A stretch of DNA of 64,000 bases. Origin: a virus (taxonomy: Duplodnaviria; Caudoviricetes). Position numbers and translations under genes: made by a program. The notes beneath the pieces are model-generated. The model saw nothing but the letters and a program-made list of their open reading frames with translations. It was not told the origin of the DNA and made no database searches. Positions 57,446-64,000 of the stretch are shown here, in pieces. The stretch is from positions 1 to 64,000 of the IMG/VR virus record IMGVR_UViG_3300028534_000023; one strand, given 5' to 3'. Numbering within the stretch: the first letter of the stretch is position 1; every line of letters starts with the position of its first letter.

Positions 57446-59224
57446 TTGATGTATTTAGAGATAGACCTATACACTCCTAAACTTAATGAATACACTAGAG
57501 CTCTTAAAGTTAAAAACACTGTATTAAAATACTTTCCTAAAAAAGTACTAGATAATGGAGATACTGTGTTTGACAAACTTTATGTGTGGAAAGGGTATGT
57601 ACCTGACGATACTGGAAGTAAAGAGTTGTATAAGTTGTTTGGAACATCTGTAGATGAACTAAAGTCTAATAACTGGGACCATGTAGAATCTGCTTGGATG
57701 TATTTTAAACCATTCCATTTAGAATCTCCTACTCTGTCTACGTACAATGTAAATAATTTTATAGATACCAATATAGATACTGAACAAGAATATAAAGTAA
57801 AACTTCTATATACACAAGAGTTTATGACAGATCAAGTATCATCAGTAAATATATCAGACGAAGAAATACTAAAAATGTGCTCTTCTGGTTATACATCTAG
57901 CACATTATTCAATACTACTGTAAACCCATTTAAGTCTGGTATGATTTCTTTTGATAAAGAGGTATCTGCTTGTATTTTTATAGCATTGTTAGATTTGAAT
58001 AATGATATGTTTGACACGTCGTTTAGTATTCTTAGTAGAACAGTCACCGAAACAAGTAATAGACAAGCAAAACTAGGTAGAGGCAACTATAGACCTAACA
58101 TGCCAAACTCTGTAACACATACAGTGAAAGCTTCTGTTATTTTTAAATTTAGAATAAAAAATACTTCAAATAACGATAAGTTCTTGTCAAACGTAATAGA
58201 TATATCATTAACTGCATATAATGACAAATTTGACTTCGGTGCTCAATGTTCTAATTTAGTGCACAAATTTAACCCAGTTACTGATGATGAACTACTTACT
58301 GAATACAGTAGCTCTCCTATATTTTCTACAAGTTCTGATTCGTCTACCTATATAAGGTATGACGCTGCTAAAGAACTAAAACCACAAGACTTTTCCAGTA
58401 TGGTACTCAATAGTTTAGATACTGATTTTGAACAAGAATCTTGTCATGGGTTTAAATGTGCTTTAGGTGCTTTACTTATGATAATAGTCATTGTAGTATC
58501 TGTAGTACTTGCTGCCCCAACTGGAGGAGCTTCGTTAGCTAGCATACCTGCAGCAGCAGCATTCTTTGGTATGCTATCTCTGTATCTTACAGTAGGAATA
58601 CTTGCATTATCTTTAACTGCTAAGTGGTTGTCAAACCACGGTGAATATCAGATAGCTATAAGCTTCGGTAATAGTATAGTAGTGTTAAACAAGCTCGCTC
58701 AAATTACTGGAATACTTGCAATGGTTACTGGAGTATACGCTACTATAAAAACACTAACCGACAAAGTCATTCAGCTTGCTACTGAACGTGCGTTAAATAC
58801 TGAAGGTATTACTGTCTCAAATGCAGTTGTACAAGGTCAGGTGACAGCAGTAGATGCTGTAGTTAAACCTACCATAGTAAACTATACTGAAGCAGTTGTA
58901 GAACTATCTGTAGATTCTATTACATCCGTTTTTAGTAATTTTAGTTCTAATCCGTTAGCTGCTATAAATAGAATTACCGATATTGTTAATTACGGATTTA
59001 ATATATACACTAAATATATAAACCCTACAAATAATATTCCAGCAGGGTCTACAGAAGATTCGCAGGTTCTTGATACTAGTTCTACTTTTGAAATAGAGTT
59101 TAGACAAAAATTTAACGATGATTACATATACGCAGAACTCACTGACCAAATAGATATACAAATAGACAATATGTCTACACCTGGAGTTATTAGAAGTACA
59201 CTTGATAGATACTTTAAAGCCTAA
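57446..59224 (+). CDS. Virion protein with internal hydrophobic helices (N4 gp53-like position)
   Basis: IIVIVVSVVLAAPTGGASL segment; synteny. Confidence 0.6.
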   Translation: MMYLEIDLYTPKLNEYTRALKVKNTVLKYFPKKVLDNGDTVFDKLYVWKGYVPDDTGSKELYKLFGTSVDELKSNNWDHVESAWMYFKPFHLESPTLSTYNVNNFIDTNIDTEQEYKVKLLYTQEFMTDQVSSVNISDEEILKMCSSGYTSSTLFNTTVNPFKSGMISFDKEVSACIFIALLDLNNDMFDTSFSILSRTVTETSNRQAKLGRGNYRPNMPNSVTHTVKASVIFKFRIKNTSNNDKFLSNVIDISLTAYNDKFDFGAQCSNLVHKFNPVTDDELLTEYSSSPIFSTSSDSSTYIRYDAAKELKPQDFSSMVLNSLDTDFEQESCHGFKCALGALLMIIVIVVSVVLAAPTGGASLASIPAAAAFFGMLSLYLTVGILALSLTAKWLSNHGEYQIAISFGNSIVVLNKLAQITGILAMVTGVYATIKTLTDKVIQLATERALNTEGITVSNAVVQGQVTAVDAVVKPTIVNYTEAVVELSVDSITSVFSNFSSNPLAAINRITDIVNYGFNIYTKYINPTNNIPAGSTEDSQVLDTSSTFEIEFRQKFNDDYIYAELTDQIDIQIDNMSTPGVIRSTLDRYFKA

Positions 59225-59238
59225 CGTTTCAATAATTA

Positions 59239-59247
59239 TGTTATAAT
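59239..59247 (+). promoter_or_regulatory. Extended -10 promoter TGTTATAAT
   Basis: Consensus match, intergenic. Confidence 0.7.
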
Positions 59248-59282
59248 TATTGAAACAATACACTATTTATGAGGTGCTTATT

Positions 59283-59732
59283 ATGCAAAACCCTTACAGT
59301 AACCTATATAAAGTCGATCCACTTACAGGGTTCAATACTCCTAAGACTGATTATGACAATTTTGTAGACGGCGTAAACAATGAATTAGATTTATACGATA
59401 AAGGTATTCCTACAGTAAAAAACGCCAGCAACTTACACAGTGGTACTCAACTAAGTTTAGATGATTTAGATTTCAGTGTTAATGGACTTGGTGGCACATT
59501 ACTAGGTGTTGGACAACTCGGTCTTGGAGTAGCCAGTTATTTGAACAGTAAGAAAACTGCTGACGCTCAACGTAATCTCATGCAGCAGCAATACGACACT
59601 AATAAATATGCTTTGGACAAAACTAAAGCAGATAATCAACACTTATTGGAAGTATTCAATCCGTCACAAGCAAAACAGTCGAGCAATGGTATAGTTGCTA
59701 CTGGTGGTCTTGCTTCTATGTTATCAAAATAA
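59283..59732 (+). CDS. Small internal virion (ejection-type) protein
   Basis: ATG 59283 after GAGGTG; GLGGTLLGVGQLGLGVASY...QRNLMQQQY. Confidence 0.65.
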   Translation: MQNPYSNLYKVDPLTGFNTPKTDYDNFVDGVNNELDLYDKGIPTVKNASNLHSGTQLSLDDLDFSVNGLGGTLLGVGQLGLGVASYLNSKKTADAQRNLMQQQYDTNKYALDKTKADNQHLLEVFNPSQAKQSSNGIVATGGLASMLSK

Positions 59733-59745
59733 AAGGTTTATCGCT

Positions 59746-60984
59746 ATGGCAACACCAAGATTTAATTTTAATACACAGCGAGTAGAAGACCCTACTAAAG
59801 GTGCTACTGCAGCGTTAGGAAATATCGCTGCAGTTATGAAAGCAGCTAACGATAGTACATTAAAACAGCGAGAGGCTGATAATTCTGATATGTTACTTGC
59901 TTCAAACATTGCTTACACTGATAGTAAAAATAGTAGAGAACAGCAATTATTCGATCTAAAAATGAAAGAAGCTGCAGACAATGCTGACAGACAAGTAAAA
60001 AAGGACACTGCAAATGATGCAGTATTACAGCTTTATGCTAAATTCAACCCAAATAATATAGGAAGTAGTAAAGGTCTTGAAAAAGTTAGCGACAGAATAT
60101 CTGCATTTTATAACAAAGGTGTCAACAAAGCTGAACAAAGAATAGCAGAGCTTGGGTTAAACGCTGATAACGGAGATGGAGATGCTATAGCAAAAATTTA
60201 CCGTGAGTCTATATGGGGAGACGGGACTACAGAAGCCGAAGCATCTACAAAAAGGCAACAACTGCAAAAAATTTATGACTCTAACACACTAGGTAAGAAT
60301 GAAGCGTCTGCATACATTAGAGAAATGCTAGCATCAGCTGGCGCTGGTCCAAATGTTATAAACACTACTATCAGAGATCTCGCTGCAGGGTTACATGATT
60401 ACGACAAAGAAGATTCATTAACTGCAGATAGAGTAAACAAACAAAACGATAAACTAGCAAAGTTGGCTTTAGATGTAGCTAAAGTTAATATGACTGCTGC
60501 AAATAAACGTGGTAATATACTAGCTAAAAAGAAAAGATCTGGTGTAAGCAATTCAATAAAAACATCAGACTACCAGAAAATATTTAAAACTCTTAACGAT
60601 GATAGATACAGACTATCTGAAGATGCTACATCTACTCTAAAAAATCAGCTACTTAAAATGCAAGCTGCTGGGGTACCTTCGTACGAAGTCTCATCATTGC
60701 TAGAAGGTGTAATAAAACCTGGAAAAGAAGGAGTTTTATTTGATGATGCAGGTGGGTATCAGACAAAAACATTTTCATCTTATGCTAAACATCTTATAAA
60801 TAAATACGGAAGTAATAGAGGCAGATCTTCTAACGTTCACGTACCTGTAGTTCGTACACTAAACCCTGCAAACTTTATGCCTAAACATGTTACTAGTACT
60901 GACATCGCAGACGCTCGTAATACTGGCACAGAAGCTCGTGGTAACATGCTACTTGACATGATTCTGCGTAGAAAAAATAAGTAG
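59746..60984 (+). CDS. Internal virion protein (N4 gp51-like position)
   Basis: ATG 59746 after AAGG; helical; directly upstream of the giant ORF. Confidence 0.6.
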   Translation: MATPRFNFNTQRVEDPTKGATAALGNIAAVMKAANDSTLKQREADNSDMLLASNIAYTDSKNSREQQLFDLKMKEAADNADRQVKKDTANDAVLQLYAKFNPNNIGSSKGLEKVSDRISAFYNKGVNKAEQRIAELGLNADNGDGDAIAKIYRESIWGDGTTEAEASTKRQQLQKIYDSNTLGKNEASAYIREMLASAGAGPNVINTTIRDLAAGLHDYDKEDSLTADRVNKQNDKLAKLALDVAKVNMTAANKRGNILAKKKRSGVSNSIKTSDYQKIFKTLNDDRYRLSEDATSTLKNQLLKMQAAGVPSYEVSSLLEGVIKPGKEGVLFDDAGGYQTKTFSSYAKHLINKYGSNRGRSSNVHVPVVRTLNPANFMPKHVTSTDIADARNTGTEARGNMLLDMILRRKNK

Positions 60985-61000
60985 CTTACAAGGATATACC

Positions 61001-64000
61001 ATGGAGTACGATATTTCACAAGCAGGTTCTGCTGCTGTAGACAATTTTACTACTGCTGTAGAAAATGATTATTCGTCTTCTGCAACAGAAGAATACAAAA
61101 CAAATAAATTGTCTTCTGTTGCGCAAGATAAAGTATCAAGACTTTCTGGCAGATCTGTCGCACCTGACATATCTCCAGAAGCTGCATACGCTTTAAGCTC
61201 GTTTGACGAAGTACCAGAAGGTACATCTTTTTCTGATGACTACTCTTCTAACCTATCTGCACTCACTAATACTGTAAGGGGTGGTGTTGGAGCATTTGCA
61301 AGTACAGTAGTAAATCTTCCATTGCAGTTAGCTTCTACATTAGAATCTGCTGCTACTTACGGATCGTCTAAATACTTATATGGAAAATCTGATGAAGATG
61401 CTTACAAAGATGCGCAAGTCGCTAGTTTTTATTCTGCTGATACAGCTAACGATCTTACACATATGTTACAAGGAGAGCAATTTACTAGACACCATGCTGC
61501 TAAACAATCCGAGTTTGACAAGACATTCAAAGAGTCTGGGCTATCCGATTTTGACATTTTTAACCCATCAGAATCGTTAGATAAATTAGACGGAGGTAAG
61601 GTAGTAGATACTGTAAAAACTGCCTTTAGTGATGTAGATTCTACTGTGGATTCTTTAGGACATGTTGCAGGGTTTTTACTAGGTATACCTGAAAAAGGTT
61701 TAAGATACTTAATGTCATCATCTGTTGGAAAAGTCACAGCTCACCAAGCTGCTAAAAAAGAATTGTCTAAACTCATTGATAAAGCTGCAAAAACAGAAAC
61801 TAAAATAAGTACTGGTTCAATCAGTAAAAGTGATGTCCTTAACAAGGGTATTGTCATAAACTCTATAGATGATTTAAGTAAAGCAGCTAAAGCTAAATAT
61901 ATCACATTCGCAAACCCGTCTGTAGAAAAAGAGGTTACTAAACAATTAGCCAAGTCTACAAGAGTTTTAGATAATGTAGGTACAGGTTTAAAAACTAGGG
62001 CTTGGATTCTTAATAATTCAAACAACCTAGCACTAGCTTCTGATATGTCTTTACAAGATCTTGATGAATACCAGAAAAAATATGGTGACATGCCTACACT
62101 CACACACGCTTTACTTGGTTACGGCGCTAACTTTGTAGGAGCTAAGTTAGAGCTATGGAGTGATAAACTTGCTTTAGCAGGTACTCCACAAGGAGTATCA
62201 GAACTTGTTGCAGGTATGGGTAAAACGAAGGCTAAAAAATTCGTAACAGGGCTTGTTGCAGGTAGTCTTAGCATGCTTGAAGGTGGTATAGCTGAATTTC
62301 CTGCAGAATTTGTACAAAGTGCTATACAGAGTTTTGACTCTAGCTATAAAGACGAAAGTACTTTTACAGAAAGCGTAAAAAAGGCATTTAACGACGGTTT
62401 AAAAGGTTCTATATATGGACTATCTTCAGGTGTACATATGTCTACACCTAGAGCATCTATTAAACCATTTACTAACATGATAAATAGTGGTACATCAAAT
62501 ACGTATGATGCTGTAAATACTATAACTTCCGACAACGGAGTTTCACTTAAGCAGTCAATAGCCAACGAGACAGGTGTCCCTGCAGAAGACCATAATGTAG
62601 TTATAAATAGTATTGAAACTGCTATGAATACTGCTGACACACCTGTCAACGAACTGTTTACGCCAGATGAACTTAAAGCAAATCGAAATCTTGTTGATAA
62701 CTATGTGCTTACTCTAGGAGATGAAGTAAAGCGCATAGACTCTATTATTAGTGATGACAACAACGAGCTTACAGAAGAAGATAAAACCAATCTACTAAGT
62801 AAAAGAAACGATTACAGTGCAGGTATTGCCAAATTTATGGAAATGCGCGAATACCTAGAAGATCCAGATACAGGATATACGTTAAATAGTAGACCTGTCA
62901 GCTCTATAGAAAAAGATCTAATGTCAGTATCTGAGCAGTTGAAAGAAAGTCCATCAGACAACAAACTTAACAAGCTTAAAAGATACCTTGAAATCGAGAA
63001 ATATGTTGCAGAACACCCTGCTGTAAAATCTACAGGTGTAATTGGAGATAGTGGCGTAGATACTGTAGGAGATGACATAAAGTCTAGTATTAACACTACT
63101 CGTATTCAAGGATTGTTTGGTGGGTACACTGATGACGGATACCGTACAGGTATTATGCATATGATTAAACCGTTGCTTAATCAAGATAATACAAAAGAGC
63201 AAACTACAGCAGCTGTAAACAATATAAATAGATTTATAGGATCACAAGTAGCTAAATACGATGCTCTTATTAAGTCTAAAGATAAGTACGAGTCTAATGG
63301 GAATGTCCCTGTAAAGGTAAACTATAAAACACCAAAAGGTACTGTACATAACGTCGTATACAACGGAAAACAGTCTGATAGTTTTTTAAAAAATATAAAA
63401 ACAGATATAGATTTATACAACAACATACTTGAGATGGCGTTAGGCAAGCCTTCTAGCAATGGCATAGATAATAATACACGTACCAGTAGTACAGTACAAG
63501 CTACTAAATCAGTTGACAATTATGACAGTATACCAGATAATGAGAAAAATTCTATAAAACAGCTTTTGACTGAATCAGCTAACAACAACTCTTCATTATC
63601 GTTAAACAGTTTACTTACAAAATCAGCTGTGCATAGAAAATACACCAGAGAGCTAGCTAACAAACTTGGCATTAAGCTAAGTGTACGTGACGGTTCTATA
63701 TTTGTGAATACAGAAAAACCTACGTCTGGTAATACTGCAACTAAACCTGCTAATAATATTGTACAAAACAGTAGTAAAGACAAACCTAAGTCTGTTACAG
63801 ACAAAATAAGTACTTCCAATGTACAGTCATCCAATAAATTATCATCTCATGACGCTAAAGCAATTGAACAAGTTATTGATAACTTACTTAACGGTGGAGA
63901 AGATGTAGACGTAAAAAACAGCATAGTAGCAAAGACAAAATTACATAAAAATTATACAAAAAAAGTCGCTGATAAACGTGGTATAAAACTTTTTATTAAT
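61001..64000 (+). CDS. Giant ORF, open at the window end: probable virion RNA polymerase (N4 gp50-like), N-terminal 1000 aa
   Basis: SD AAGGA + ATG 61001 (MEYDISQAGSAAVDNF...); both ends read open in this frame and the ORF track lists no stop-terminated ORF in it; assignment by synteny only, no catalytic motif seen yet. Confidence 0.65.
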   Translation, partial: MEYDISQAGSAAVDNFTTAVENDYSSSATEEYKTNKLSSVAQDKVSRLSGRSVAPDISPEAAYALSSFDEVPEGTSFSDDYSSNLSALTNTVRGGVGAFASTVVNLPLQLASTLESAATYGSSKYLYGKSDEDAYKDAQVASFYSADTANDLTHMLQGEQFTRHHAAKQSEFDKTFKESGLSDFDIFNPSESLDKLDGGKVVDTVKTAFSDVDSTVDSLGHVAGFLLGIPEKGLRYLMSSSVGKVTAHQAAKKELSKLIDKAAKTETKISTGSISKSDVLNKGIVINSIDDLSKAAKAKYITFANPSVEKEVTKQLAKSTRVLDNVGTGLKTRAWILNNSNNLALASDMSLQDLDEYQKKYGDMPTLTHALLGYGANFVGAKLELWSDKLALAGTPQGVSELVAGMGKTKAKKFVTGLVAGSLSMLEGGIAEFPAEFVQSAIQSFDSSYKDESTFTESVKKAFNDGLKGSIYGLSSGVHMSTPRASIKPFTNMINSGTSNTYDAVNTITSDNGVSLKQSIANETGVPAEDHNVVINSIETAMNTADTPVNELFTPDELKANRNLVDNYVLTLGDEVKRIDSIISDDNNELTEEDKTNLLSKRNDYSAGIAKFMEMREYLEDPDTGYTLNSRPVSSIEKDLMSVSEQLKESPSDNKLNKLKRYLEIEKYVAEHPAVKSTGVIGDSGVDTVGDDIKSSINTTRIQGLFGGYTDDGYRTGIMHMIKPLLNQDNTKEQTTAAVNNINRFIGSQVAKYDALIKSKDKYESNGNVPVKVNYKTPKGTVHNVVYNGKQSDSFLKNIKTDIDLYNNILEMALGKPSSNGIDNNTRTSSTVQATKSVDNYDSIPDNEKNSIKQLLTESANNNSSLSLNSLLTKSAVHRKYTRELANKLGIKLSVRDGSIFVNTEKPTSGNTATKPANNIVQNSSKDKPKSVTDKISTSNVQSSNKLSSHDAKAIEQVIDNLLNGGEDVDVKNSIVAKTKLHKNYTKKVADKRGIKLFIN

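Noticed and set aside
1876-63834. Numerous antisense ORFs of 60-170 aa in the track (e.g. 7782..8159, 11141..11653, 45893..46381, 54791..55300, 61429-63834 set)
   Set aside because: They lie fully opposite well-supported genes and show no SD or motifs; typical codon-bias shadows
1-64000. Genome-wide TAA reassignment
   Set aside because: Core genes contain no internal TAA, and many end in TAA with TAATG coupling to the next gene (e.g. 36577, 49827, 10159)
1-64000. tRNA (including suppressor), rRNA or integrase
   Set aside because: No cloverleaf recognised; GGTTCGAAT hits near 10069 and 17821 lie inside CDSs; no recombinase motif. A tRNAscan run is still needed to exclude tRNAs

Overview
The whole window is one AT-rich lytic phage genome with N4-like (Schitoviridae-type) architecture, apparently circularly permuted. 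The minus strand from about 32,630 leftwards carries early and middle genes: small accessory ORFs, a single-chain T7/N4-RNAPII-type RNA polymerase, an AAA/vWA pair, ThyX, two GIY-YIG-type proteins, a PD-(D/E)XK nuclease, an SF1 helicase, a family A DNA polymerase, an N4-type primase, an AAA_24 ATPase, a probable SSB, an HU-like protein, class Ia RNR beta/alpha, a MazG-like protein and a pentapeptide-repeat protein. The plus strand from about 32,750 rightwards carries late genes: a stand-alone GGDEF protein, terminases, adaptor, two large tail fibres, lysis cassette, portal, scaffold, gp56-type capsid, structural genes and the first 1,000 codons of a giant ORF that is probably the virion RNA polymerase. 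No integrase, tRNA, CRISPR array or reverse transcriptase was seen. ThyX sequence, AAGGA SD sites and TGnTATAAT promoters suggest, by inference only, a Campylobacterota host. Most notable observations: (1) six cryptic reading frames in apparent intergenic gaps, interrupted almost only by in-frame TAA (19 TAA, 1 TGA), five of them with an SD or a start/stop overlap; (2) a compact GGDEF diguanylate-cyclase-like gene at the terminus junction; (3) RNAP II motifs fused in one polypeptide; (4) a 214-bp inverted-repeat-bounded non-coding element upstream of the DNA polymerase. All assignments come from motif recognition and synteny; no searches were run.
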